From: Octopus sinensis
Lineage: Eukaryota
Length of the DNA: 64,000 nucleotides
Direction of reading: 5' to 3'
NCBI RefSeq assembly: GCF_006345805.1
Contig: NW_021833416.1
Coordinates: forward strand, 29,406-93,405
Shown: positions 1 to 12,485 of the stretch, piece after piece
Layout: each line of letters opens with the position of its first letter
Position numbering within the stretch: position 1 is the stretch's first letter
Notes under the pieces: generated by a model
Database searches by the model: none
What the model was told of the DNA's origin: nothing
Seen by the model: only the letters and a program-made list of their open reading frames with translations
Made by a program: the position numbers and the translations under genes

Positions 1-594
1 GTGTTTGCATCCGTATTAGTTCCCCACAGGTTTGACAACCGGGGGTGGGGATATATTCTTTATTTCCCCATCACTTAAAGTTTTTGGAAAGTGTGTCGAA
101 GAGAATAAATATCAAGCTTTAAAACAAAATAAGACAACAAGAACTGAAGTCGATTTATTCGACCAAATGTTCCTGAAGGAGGTACTCCAGCATGACCGCA
201 GTCTGATGACTCACTCACAACTAAAAACAGAAACATTTTACGGTCATTCACGTAGGAAGATGCATGATCTTCACTGGATTCTTCAATTTCGTAATTGTCT
301 GTATTAATCTTCAGACTAGACATATCTTTGTGTGTGCGCGTGTGCATCTGTGTGTGTGTGTATACACATGTATGTATTCATGTATGTATGTTGCTCAATG
401 GTGAATCATGTTTATTATTGTTTGTTTATATACATATAAACACTTCAAAGGTGTTGTCAGTAAACTCTGTAGATTTAAGTGGTTTATACAAATACATATA
501 GACGCGTATACACACAGGGAATTAAACACAAAAACATATGAATGTCTATTTTTGAATGTATTTCAATCTATCTATCTACCTATCTATCTCTCTG

Positions 595-629
<35 letters not shown>

Positions 630-779
630 TTGTGCGTGTGTGTGTATAAAGTGTGTGTGGTGTGTGTGTGCATATCAAGAGAGATCGAACAATGAGGCAT
701 ATTTTTACATCCATATTTGATGTGTTTCTATGTACGTATGTATAATACATAGATTACATAGATTCTATCTATGTATATG

Positions 780-833
<54 letters not shown>

Positions 834-1249
834 TACATATGTATATATATATATATATCGCTAATTATCTCTAATTTAATATATATATATATGCATGTAT
901 GTATGTATGTATGTATATAGATATATATATATATATATATATAGATAACATATATATGTGTGTGGTATGTATGCATCCATACACACTCGAACACAAGTGC
1001 GCACACAGGTACACACACACACTTCCACTCTCACACACACACATGCTAGTAGGCGCCATTTAATTATCACACGTGTCAAGTAATCATGAAATGTAAATTT
1101 CGTAGCTAAATATATTCGAAAATTCAACTGATTCCACTGTGACGATTATTCTGTGTACTTTTTAGACTTCTCATCAACATGGCGGTTATAGTCAAATGAT
1201 AATTTGATAAAAACAAACTTTTAATCAAGATTCTGCCTAAACGCCGCTA

Positions 1250-1710
1250 GCTAGATAACTCGGAATAAAGAAAACAAAGGCTCGAAGAAAATAGATTAAG
1301 AGAAGCAAATTGCTGTCAGCGAGAAACACTAGAAGGGAGGCTACAAATTCGTGAAGAAAATAAAACGTATAGAGAGAATCGTGGATTGAAAGAAATACCA
1401 GAGCAGAGCCAGTACAATCGTGGAAAACATAGCGTGGACAGCAAGTATTAACGACCGCATTGCCTTCGGGTAGACAGAATAAGGTATGCTAACCGAATAA
1501 TACTAATTTTCACTTGGAAATAATGAAGTTCGGTACCTTAAGTTATGATAGAAGTTATGGTCAGAAATCTGACAGAATCTCCTCGTGATTACGTTTCAAA
1601 ACTATGCGCCATATTGTGAAGAAAAATTAGAAGCAAGAGCACCTGGGCGGTGCTGGATCTTGGCAAATCTTTGTAAAAGCGGTCAAAAGCGAAATAGGAT
1701 ATCAATATCA
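1250..1710 (+). mobile_element. Possible Helitron Rep/helicase N-terminal remnant (degenerate)
   Basis: Reading RKQRLEENRLREANCCQRETLEGRLQIREENKTYRENR resembles the E/R-rich repeats of Helitron N-termini; downstream PYCEEKL...GRCW...LCKSGQ resembles the Cys motif. Interrupted by stops; judged by eye. Confidence 0.35.
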
Positions 1711-1907
1711 GCGTGTGGTCTGTGACAAATGAGGCCTTACCAAAACAAGCCTTCTTAATTTAGGAAAGGGGCGAGTAAAACTGAGCAGTGAGAGGCGCAA
1801 ACTGGGTGACTTGTACAAGTATCCTAGGGTCCAAATCTCTGATGAAGCCACATTTACGAAATTAGGACACGGTTAACCATGATTAGAAATACATAGAAAA
1901 ACCTACT

Positions 1908-2172
1908 CTTTTAATTGTTTCAGTCATTTGACTGCGGCCATGCTGGATCACCGTCTTTATAGTCGAGCAAATCGCCCTCAGAGCTTATTTTTTGTATGCC
2001 TAGTACTTATTCTATCTGTCTTTTTTGCCGAACAGCTAAGTTAACTTACACACCAGCATCAGTAGTCAACCGATGCTGGGGGATAGGCATGACACACAAA
2101 CACACACACACACACACCCACACACACCACACACAACAACACACCCCCACAACACACAGGGACACACACATA

Positions 2173-2232
<60 letters not shown>

Positions 2233-2406
2233 ATATACGACATATACGGGTTTCTTCCAGTTTCCGTCTACCAAATCCACTTACAAGGATTTGGTCGGGC
2301 CGAGGTTATAGAAGAAGACACCTGCCCAATGTGCTACGCAGTGGGACTGAACCCGGGACCATGTGGTTGGTAAGCAAGCTACTTACCACACAGCCACTCC
2401 TGCGCT
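1908..2406 (-). mobile_element. SINE family A (tRNA-like head, CORE-like segment, internal (TA)/(TG) microsatellite, tail ...AAATGACTGAAAC)
   Basis: Reverse complement of GGCGCAGGAGTGGCTGTGTGGTAAG...GGTTCAGTCCCACTGCG head and the conserved tail; same body recurs at 20650, 23329, 27245, 48008, 53762. Confidence 0.9.
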
Positions 2407-2479
2407 TATGCTTATTAACAATCGTTGCAGAAAAGGGGTCCTAATATAAAAATAAGGCTAGTGCGAGCCTTAATTTGGC

Positions 2480-2800
2480 TAAGAGGCATTTATGGTTGCA
2501 AAGTTCGGAGACTGAGGAAATTTGAAGAGAAAATAATGTAATTGAAATTTGGGGGTATAGGAGAATATTACGAGTGTCTTACAAGAAACATTGGACAATT
2601 GGACGGGCGTTAAAACAAGTAGGTGAAAAACAACAGCTCCTGAATATGTGAAAAAACAAAACTTCGTATATTATGGCCATATTTGAAGAAGCAAATATCT
2701 GGTAAAAATTATCGCCTATGGAAGAGTAGAGGGCAGTAGGTCTAGATGCAATCAAAAAATGCAATGGCTCAGCTTATATCACGAGCGGGTCGGATACAGC
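2480..2800 (+). mobile_element. RTE-clade LINE ORF2 C-terminal remnant
   Basis: From 2544 reads EIWGYRRILRVSYKKHWT..LKQVGEKQQLLNM*, then (shifted) LRYYGH..GRVEGSRSR..QW, matching the RTE/BovB-type post-RT motif FEMWCYRRILRI...LRYFGH...EGxRxRGR..W. Confidence 0.75.
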
Positions 2801-3372
2801 AGCTGGAGAACTTGCGATTAATCGGGAAGATTTTCGTTTTAGTGTCATCAGTGCAGTGCATTATGTTATCAATAATGTGGGGAAATATTATCTTTGATTA
2901 AATATATGACTTCAATAACAATAAAGGCCGAAGAAGCTTAGTTTCCATAGACAGAACGAATATTTCATGCCGTTTTCTATGCTGGGAGAGGTCCTTTTGA
3001 ATATAAAGCAGGCAAATGTCGGATATAGTCTGCTATAAAATTTATTTTAACTGGGTAAAATCGATAGGAATGTTAAACATCACAGGCATATAGTAATCTA
3101 CTAATAATATTAAGTGATATCATCAGCCTGTAAAAATCAATGCTAATGTACGGTATTACTGTATAATTGAACTCACAGCGTGATCATGTCAACAAGGCTA
3201 ATACGTTATCTTTATGCATATATATATATATATAACCTATATATATATATATATTATATGCGTGAAGTGTTTGTGTGTTTGTGTGGCGGTGTGTGTGTGT
3301 GGTGTGTGGTGTATTATATCTATATATATTGTGTGTGTGTTTGTGTGAGTGTATCTATATATGTTATATGCA

Positions 3373-3403
<31 letters not shown>

Positions 3404-3520
3404 GATATATTATATAATATATATATATTATACATACATACATTTTACATATATTATATACTTATATGTATATATATTGTAAGTATATGTATTTGTATAT
3501 ATATATGCTATGCATACATA

Positions 3521-3681
3521 TATCGACCTCAGTACGCAGGTGGTACTTAGTTCAACGAACTTGAGAGAATGAAAGGCAACGTCGACATTAGCGGAATTTG
3601 AACTCAGAAAGCAAAACCAGAAAGATTTCGTTGCTAAGCATTTCGCCGGCGTGCTAACGTTTTTGCCAGTTCGCCACCTTC
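3521..3681 (-). mobile_element. SINE family B copy (degenerate)
   Basis: Reverse complement of GGCGAACTGGCAAAAACGTTAGCACGCC...GAGTTCAAATTCCGC...GTCGAC..TTGCCTTTCAT. Confidence 0.8.
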
Positions 3682-4395
3682 AACCAGCTTTATATTCCAT
3701 GTTCACATGCTGCCGCAGTCAATTTTGCTTTTCACTCTCCTGGGGGTGGGTGGGGGGGTCGATAAAATAAATACCAGTTGCGCATTGGGGTTGCATCTAA
3801 TCGACTTAATTCTCTCACTCGAAATTGCCGGTCTAGTGTGCTAAATATTGAAATAGTATTCCTTAACAAAACGTTAATATGACAAGAATAGCAGTGCTTG
3901 TACTTGTGGCAGCAACGAAAATTAATTCTCAAATATGATTGTTATAGTTTTAATTAAAATTAATGCATGATTATATTGTTGGTTTTTTGTTTTTTCCACT
4001 TCTCTTTTTTTTTTTTAACAATAAAACCAACGCTGCCATCAATAATTGCTTAAACAGCAGCAACAGTAGCAACATATACGGTTCATTTGTTAAAAGAGTA
4101 TTATAGTGTCAAACTACCGCGTTTACATTTAACCTTTATAATTGCGATTGTCATTGAAACGACCGCTTCACGTTTACAGCTTGGAATCGAATTCAATTGG
4201 TTTTTGATCAGAAAATAGATCTTCATTTCTTGTTAATTATATATGATATCTTCGTTTTGTTCTCTTCTTACAAAATCAGGAGTTAATTTAACTTCAACCT
4301 GTAACATGTTATTATGAAATGCAGTTATATCCATTTACTTTCTGTTTTCGAATTCTGCCATTTTGTCGATGTGATTGTAATTAATCTGAAGTAGA

Positions 4396-4820
4396 AAGGC
4401 GGGAAGCTAGCAACTCGTTAGCTCCCGGACGAAATACTTAGCACCTAAATCCTTCTGGTTTTTGCATTCTGAGTTCAAATTCCCCTAAGGTCGACGTTGC
4501 CTTTCATTCTCTCAAGTTCGTTGGACTAAGTACCAGCTGCGTACTGAGGTCGATGTAATCGACTTGTTCCCACCCCACTCCAAAATATCAAACCCCTCAC
4601 ATTTAACAGAAGTGATTATTATCAAGACTACAAGCTGAGAGTTTCGTTACCATGCACGACAGAAAAGCCTAGCGGCCATAATTCATGGTTCTCATTCTAC
4701 GTTCAAATTTCACCGAGATCGAATTTCCCTTTCTTATCTGGGTACCAGTTAAGTACTGCGTCGATGTAATTGACTGACCCTTGCACTCAAAATTTCAGGC
4801 TTTGTACCTAACGTTTAAAG
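4396..4820 (+). mobile_element. Two tandem degenerate SINE-B copies between a 15-bp direct repeat
   Basis: Two B bodies (about 4396-4620 and 4640-4820); AATTAATCTGAAGTA at 4379-4393 and 4821-4835. Confidence 0.7.
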
Positions 4821-5284
4821 AATTAATCTGAAGTAAAGAATTAAACACCAGAAAAGTACGGACCAACTTTCACAAGAAGACTAAATACATATACATTCAT
4901 AACCTCTGATGTATTTGTACTCAACTAATTAATCTCGAAGCAAATAACTTCGTATAATTATTTAAACAACTTTTCACATTCAACTGTTTTCTTCGTGTTT
5001 TAATAATTAGCTTTCCGACAGCTTGGAAGGAAGAAGTAAAGAAATATTGATCAACATTGCAGAAGCTAAAATTAGTCGACTGGAAGAAAGTGACCTTTTG
5101 GTTTAAACCCGTGTTCTAAATTCACAGCAAAGCAAAATACAATGGATATAAACTCACGCATTTTTTTACCTTTCACTGGTTACAGTCACTGGAATGAGGC
5201 AATGTTGGGGCGACGCATTAAATTATTTAATCGAACGAATCTTATTTTCTTTGAATATCTTGTATTAATTTTATTGGTCTCTCT

Positions 5285-5885
5285 GACATATGTATGCATG
5301 TATGTATGTATGTGTGTGTGTATGTTTGTATGTATGTATGTGTGTATGTATGAAAGTATGCATGTATATATGTATGTGTGTATGTATGTATGGATGTATG
5401 CATGTATGTATGTATGTATGTATGTATGTATCTATGTATGTGTATATGTATGTATGCATGTATGTATGTGTGTATGTACGTATGTATGAATGCATGTATG
5501 TATGTATGTGTGTGTATGTATGTATATATGTATGTATGTGTGTGTGTATGTATGTATGCATGTATGTATGCATGTATGTGTGTATGTGTGTATGTATGTA
5601 TGGATGCATGTATGTATGTATGTATGCAAGTATGTATGTATGCACGTATTTATGAATGTATGCATGTATATATGTGTGTGTGCATGTTTGTATGTATGTA
5701 TGTGTGTATGTATGAAAGTATGCATGTATATATGTATGTGTGTATGGATGTATGCATGTATGTATGTGTGTATGTATGTATGAATGTATGCATGTATATA
5801 TGCATGTGTGTATGTATGTATGGATGTATGCATGTATGTATGCATGTATGTATTCATGTATGTATGTATGTATGTATGTATGCAT
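5285..5885. repeat. Compound (ATGT)n/(GT)n microsatellite, about 600 bp
   Basis: Direct reading; source of the long M/Y/V/C and H/T/Y/I pseudo-ORFs. Confidence 0.95.
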
Positions 5886-6210
5886 ATATGTGGATGTCCG
5901 CTTGCTTTGGATGGTACAATCGTGGTTGTTATTATTATTATTAATATTAATATTAATTTTATTGACTTTTTGTGTAATGACACATTTTAATATATATGCC
6001 TGCTTTAAATGTGAGTGTACACGTTGTATTTCCTTGATGTTGGTTATAGAAATATGGTGTTCAATATGGAACATTATTGTGTTTGTTAATGTATATTGAT
6101 CTATATTGTTTATATTGTTAATTGTGTATATTATATCTGTAGGAATATGAGTGTGTATGCACACATATTTATATTTATATGTAAATTTTTTTTCATACTT
6201 GCATTAAATT

Positions 6211-6316
6211 CTCTGAAGAGGCCGTGAGACATTCTTGTTAATGTCCCATTTATACTTGCTTATATGGCTAATAGTTAATGGGACATACCTGTCTTCACGG
6301 CCGAAACAGCTGTCAG
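6211..6316 (+). ncRNA. Minimal type-I hammerhead ribozyme motif with long stem II
   Basis: CTGAAGA 6213-19; stem II GGCCGTGA/TCACGGCC (6220-27/6295-6302); GAAAC 6303-07; palindromic stem III ACAGCTGT; GTC 6312-14; stem I only 2 bp. Confidence 0.7.
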
Positions 6317-6620
6317 CTACAATGTAAATGTATTTTCTATTTCTATTTCTATGTCTTGTTATATTTGTACTATATTAATGTATAATATCATTGCTATTGT
6401 GTAATGGTTTAATAAAGTATTGATTGGGTATTATCTGATGGTTGATGATTGATTTGATATATTTCTCCATTTTCTCATTTTGTATATATATATATACACT
6501 TTCGTATTGCATTACTATTTTCATTGAAACTTCTTCACTCATCTCGTTCTGTTAACGTTTTGGCGTTCAGACGAGTGTACTGGCATAGATGTAGCAGCAT
6601 TTGAAATTTTGTCTAGGTAT

Positions 6621-6691
6621 ATGCAGCTGATGAGGACAAATCAAATCCACGTTGTCAAACGTATTTGAAGAGTCTGAAACTGGTCCTGCAT
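6621..6691 (+). ncRNA. Minimal type-I hammerhead ribozyme motif
   Basis: Stem I ATGCAG/CTGCAT; CTGATGA 6627-33; stem II GGAC/GTCT; GAAAC 6676-80; TG; GTC 6683-85. Confidence 0.8.
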
Positions 6692-7199
6692 TATCCGTTT
6701 CTAGGTTTTTCCTTTTTCAGATGTTTTTCCTAGAGGTAAGACACATTTTTTTCATGTTTGTTGCACACACACGTCTTTGCTAATATATACGCAGTGAAGC
6801 TATACAATAGCGACGTATTTATTACCATCGCTATTTTCCAGTAAATATCGGTACTTCGTTGTACCATTTATTTAGTTTTATATATATATATACCTACATC
6901 TACATGTATATATACATGTATATATGGGTACAGGACACCAAAAAAACGTCGAACACGTACATATATGTATATATATATGCATATGTTTTATTTATTAATT
7001 TGTTTATTACACGACAGAACGCACGCATCCATTTCTAAGTAAGTTTGTTCTTAATATATATATATATGAATTGATATTAAATTCTATACACTCGTAACAT
7101 GAAAGTTTTACGGTGAAATATAAGTATGTCGAGCTCTCACAGATAGTCATCATCAGTATTGATTTTGCCTAACCAATCATAAAATATATATTCTAAAAG

Positions 7200-8050
7200 T
7201 TTGTACTCCTCCAGAGTTTTAGTTGTCAATACTGGTAATAGTTAAAAGTAAAAATAAATGTTGATCAATAGAGTCAAATGACTCGTTCGTTCACATTAAT
7301 TTTTGCAGTGTGGTTCACAGAGTCTGTTATTTAAATTCGGAGTTATGTCTACAAAGCTAACTATATTAATATTAACTATTAAACGTATATTGAAACATAA
7401 TTCTGTCTTTAACACGCGGGTTGCAATTAGTGAGTCTTATTAATTCATCGTTTCGATATGACACTCCGCGTTTAAACTTAAAGGAATATTCTTTAAATTT
7501 TTAATTACATATAATTCAATAAAATCAATTATTTCCGGCTAATCATTCGCTTCCCTGCAATCATCAAAAGAAATACTGGATTTTGTATTTAATCCGTAGC
7601 GACTGGTCGAAATTGATAACTGATTTCTTGGCCATGTCACATCCCTTCTATTTCAAAACATTTCATCTTATAATTCTATCAACGTCAATAATCTTATCAA
7701 GATGAGTTCCTATAATAGATGCATAATAATTATTTATGTCAAATTTCAGAAACATACTTCTAAAATTATTATCGATATTGTGAAATTAATCTATCAGTTC
7801 TTATGGATAAATCCATAAATTTAACTTGGCCTTTTATCTTTCGCCTTTTATCTCTTTAATTTCTATCTAATTTCCTCTAATTAATTCATCCAGTATCGCA
7901 TTTAATTGGATATATAAATCTCATAGATGGGATTCCATTGAAATCTACCACGTGATGTTTTAAAGCAAAGTACAGCTTTCTTAGTTTCGTTGGTTTGATC
8001 TATCATGTCTAAGGAGTCGTGAACTAATTGTGTAGTCCTCCGTTATTAGT
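7200..8050 (-). mobile_element. Penelope-like reverse transcriptase remnant (heavily decayed)
   Basis: Minus-strand pieces in expected order: PEIIDFIELYVIKNLK (cf. AEICELVGLYILNKL), YRNDEL at about 7459-7442 (cf. YRDDGL), NINIVSFVDITPNLNNRLCEPH (cf. VNFLDVTxNLNxxxYxPY). Multiple stops and frameshifts. Confidence 0.6.
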
Positions 8051-8608
8051 CTAATTTAAACTGCTCCACATAGTCTTCCGATGTCCAGTCGGGTGTACTC
8101 GTCACGATCTACAAAATATTTATTGGCTGTCAGATCGGAGTGAACTCGCATCACTGCGAATTTTGACATACTCCGATTTGCATTTTGGGAATCGCTAAGA
8201 TATTCACATTCTTCTTCAATCTGATTATTTTCATTATCCTTTGTCCTTCCCTTTCTCACTCATTGGACAGCGGCCGTGCTGATGCACCGGCTTGAATAGG
8301 TTTTAGGTGAACGAACCTCGGGTTGAAACTCGTAAAGAAAAATAAGCTTAAAGCTTATAACCGTTCAATGCGTCTTGGCTATAGAAAATAGTTTAATATC
8401 GGGGATTATAATCCATACACAGAACACATGGGTGTCATTACGCGTACGAATGACTACTTTTATTGTTTGTTATAGCCGATATACGGTGAACGCTTATAAG
8501 ATTAAAACTTATAGTTGTCATATACAAAATTTTCACTCGTCACCACATCTTAGTTTAATGCAGAATACACACACACACGCAGACACACACGTGCATATAT
8601 ATATATAT

Positions 8609-8639
<31 letters not shown>

Positions 8640-8688
8640 CAGAGAGACAGAGACAGAGACAGACAGACAGACATACAGACATATAGAC

Positions 8689-8749
<61 letters not shown>

Positions 8750-8977
8750 TACTGAACATAAAGTAAGTTTATAAGTAGAAAACTGTCACATTCATAAAAG
8801 ACACTTTTAAGAATTAAGGCGTATTTTCCTTTGATATAAGTGTGTTTACACGTCTACACACACGCACACACACAAACACACACACGCATACGCTTACATG
8901 TATACATACATACATACTACATACATACATGCATGCATACATGCATACATACATACATACATACATACATACATACA

Positions 8978-9010
<33 letters not shown>

Positions 9011-9933
9011 TCACACATACATATGGTTCCGAGTTCACTCCCATAAATGTCTTCTAAGAGAGCCTGCTTGCCGTGTTCTCTTCACTGAGGACCTGGTTGG
9101 GTTGACGCTCGAGTTCTTCAACCAGATGAGGAGGTATCTCGAGAAGTCGGGGACTAGTTGAGACCGTACTCAAAGAACCACTCGGGAGGACCCAAGAATA
9201 CACCGACAAATGATGAATACAGCAACCCACTGCAACGGTGCACGCCCCCTACATCTGTCCTGGTTTGATCTCAATGATACCTACTTAATTTGTTTTCCCA
9301 AGTATTTCGACGTCCGTTGAATTTTATTTTAGCAATGGCTTTGTCGAAATTATTCGGTAATTACTAGATCTCTTCTAATTATAGCTTAAAGGAATGTTAA
9401 ATACAATAGTTAATTTAAGTGTAATTAGCTATATTGTAAATTATTTTCTGGCACGACATTGCTGTGTGCCCTTTCTTTATCTAGTCAAATATATTTAGAT
9501 GAAAATAACTAGAGTCATAAGGAGACAGTTCCGGTATTTAAATTCTTGTTGGTTGTTTTAATTTTCTGCCCTCAGTGAAACACATTCTCATTTAAAACTC
9601 TCTACAATGTTTTGGCTTTTTTGTAAGCCATAAATTATCAGTCTTCTATTCTTTCTAAAATATTTCATTAATATAATTTCTGCGGGTTCCTTGTACCAAT
9701 TATGAGGTCTTCATTAATAACACACTTCTGTATAAATACAATAGATTTAACTAGTGATTATTTATTGGTAAAGTCATACGACTGTCAGTTTATGCAACCC
9801 GATCGTATTAAAGTATATAAGATTTTAATTATAAGATAATGGCCGTTTTCTAAACGGCCATTATTGTTATCGAAGAATGTGAATCTCATTTACGTTGGCA
9901 ATTCTTATTACAAATAAATAACTGAATAAAAAA

Positions 9934-10790
9934 GGCGATGAACTGGCAGAAACGTTAGTAAGCCTGACGAAATGCTTAGCAGTATTTCATCTGCCGTTAC
10001 GTTCTGAGTTCAAATTCCGCCGAGGTCGAATTGCCTTTTATCCTTTCGGGATCGATTAAACAAGTACCAGTTACGCACTGGGGTCGATATAATCGAATTA
10101 ATCCGTTTGTCTGTCCTTGTTTGTCCCTTCTGTGTTGAGCCCCTTGTGGGTAGTAAAGAAATAGGCATTTCGTCTGTCGTAACTTTCAGTGTTCAAATTT
10201 CCGCCGAGGTCGACTTTGCTTTTTATCTTTTCGGGGTCAATAAACTAAGTACTAGTTACGCACTGGGGTCGATGTAATCGACTTAATCCCTTTGTCTGTC
10301 TTTGTTTGTCCCATCTAAATTTAGCTCCTTATGGGCAATAAAGAAATAAGAAACGTTAGCACGCCGAGCGAAATGCTTAGCGCTATTTCGTCTGCCGTTA
10401 CATTCAGAGTTCGTATTCCGCTGTCTTTCATCCTTTCGGGCTCAATATATTAAGTGTCAGTTGCGTACTAGGGTCGATCTAATCGGCTGACCCCCTCTCC
10501 AAAAATTTCGGGCCTTGTGCCTAGAGTAGAAAAAGAATCGTTAGCACAATGGACAAGATGCAAGAGACTTAGCGCCATTCTGTCCGTCTTCATGTTCTGA
10601 GTTCAAATTCAGCCCAGGTCGACTCTGTCTTTCACCCTTTTAGTGGTCAATTAAATAAGTACCCGTTGAGTATTACGGCCAATGTATTCGACATACACTC
10701 TCTCCCGAAGTTGCTGGCATGGTACCAATATTTGAAATCGAGATATAACTGAACGAAATATTCAGTAAACTATTTCGGGCTTAACGAAAC
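9934..10790 (+). mobile_element. Cluster/multimer of SINE-B units
   Basis: About four repeats of GAGTTCAAATTCCGCCGAGGTCGA...CATCCTTTCGGGGTCGAT..AAGTACCAG..GGGGTCGAT in the same orientation. Confidence 0.9.
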
Positions 10791-10844
10791 CTTGTAGGGA
10801 ACTTGAAATGTCCGATTCAGACGAAAAATACCTATATTCTAATA

Positions 10845-11168
10845 CAGTGGTTCTCAACCATTTCTTTCACGTAGACTTCTTAAATTCCTGCTTTATTCAG
10901 ATGGTCCCTCATTATCATTCAATGATGTGTATTCGCACGCACTTATTTCCACCTACGTGCGTATGTTTCCCTCCAATTGTCAAATATACTGTCGATAAAA
11001 CTGGCGGATGTATGGCATTTTTATTGTGAATTGTTATTAGGAATTGTGTTAAAAGTTTGTTAAAATAAATATTTTAGAAATATAAGTCTTTTATTGCATA
11101 TACATTTTAACCACAAAATCTTAATTTGGTCCTTCAATGTCCGTATGGAGCTTAACTGAGCACCATTG
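10845..11168 (+). mobile_element. hAT-like non-autonomous element (MITE)
   Basis: 5' TIR CAGTGGTTCTCAACC; degenerate 3' TIR ..ACTGAGCACCATTG; 8-bp TSD TTCTAATA/TTATAATA (one mismatch). Related fragment at about 17400-17520 (-). Confidence 0.75.
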
Positions 11169-11244
11169 TTATAATATGTAGAAATATATACAACAATATT
11201 TATATACAATATTATATATTATATGTCTGCAATACGTGTATAGT

Positions 11245-11330
<86 letters not shown>

Positions 11331-11974
11331 GGAAGAGAAATAGATAGACAGAAAATTACTCAGCTGGGAAAATATATATTATATCGAGAGAGTGAGACGG
11401 AGGACACAGAGGGACAATGTGTATACACGTATACATATGCGTTTGAAAATATATATTATGTATTCACATACGTATGTATATATACATACATACAATACAC
11501 GCACACGCACACAGACACACACACACATATATAGATTTAAATGTGTGTGCGTATAAAGAGAGACAGAGCGAGATTTATATGGAGAAAGAGAAACAGGCAG
11601 ATGGAAAATTTGATAGCTGGGAAGAAGGCCAGAGGCAAATAATATCAGAGTGACGTCTTATATATGTCTGAACGATAATGAGACATTTGGAATTAGCGAC
11701 CGAGATACAACAAAAATTTATGTTAATATTGGAAGCAAAGGCATCTGATAAAATTCAATTAGTAAAATTACTCTTCTGTTGATTACTGATAAAGTTCTAG
11801 GTCAATAGACCTACATGCATCAACAAACCCTTCTAATACACATTATTATTATTATATACGCAAATATGGACGAAATATGTAATCACAGACAAACACACAC
11901 GCACGTACAGACAACATATTACGTTGTATACGTGGATACATGTGTGTATGTATGGAGAGAGAGAGAGAGAGACA

Positions 11975-12041
11975 AATAGGTAGGTAGGTAGGTAGGTAGG
12001 TAGGTCAGTAGATAGATAGATAGACAGACACACAGACAGGC

Positions 12042-12104
<63 letters not shown>

Positions 12105-12121
12105 GAGATAGATAGATAGAC

Positions 12122-12167
<46 letters not shown>

Positions 12168-12177
12168 GTAGAGTGAG

Positions 12178-12248
<71 letters not shown>

Positions 12249-12260
12249 CACAGATAGATA
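11975..12260. repeat. (AGGT)n/(AGAT)n microsatellite
   Basis: Direct reading; similar tracts at 8690-8750, 15600-15990, 28885-28975. Confidence 0.95.
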
Positions 12261-12404
12261 GAGAAGTATATATATATATATGTGTGTGTGTATTCGTGGT
12301 ATGTATACAGGCATAGATAAATACTTAAATATATGTATGCAGAAAAGCATATTTCCGTACAGAATGTACGTACACACATGTATGTTTCTGAATGTATGCA
12401 TGTG

Positions 12405-12485
<81 letters not shown>

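Noticed and set aside
5021-5108. Candidate + strand exon LEGRSKEILINIAEAKISRLEESDLL
   Set aside because: Weak donor and no recognisable homology.
5271-6164. 297-aa ORF and other long H/T/Y/I, M/Y/V/C and Y/L/S/I ORFs across the window
   Set aside because: Translations of (ATGT)n, (TA)n, (AGAT)n and (CA)n microsatellites that lack stop codons; not genes.
9831-9868. Hairpin ATAATGGCCGTTT-TCT-AAACGGCCATTAT
   Set aside because: Real 13-bp inverted repeat, but too short for a pre-miRNA and lacking the Helitron CTRR end; no function supportable.
9934-10790. Regularly recurring palindromic GTCGAC/GTCGAT..ATCGAC units resembling a CRISPR array
   Set aside because: Units are about 200-bp SINE bodies without unique spacers; eukaryotic context and no cas genes.
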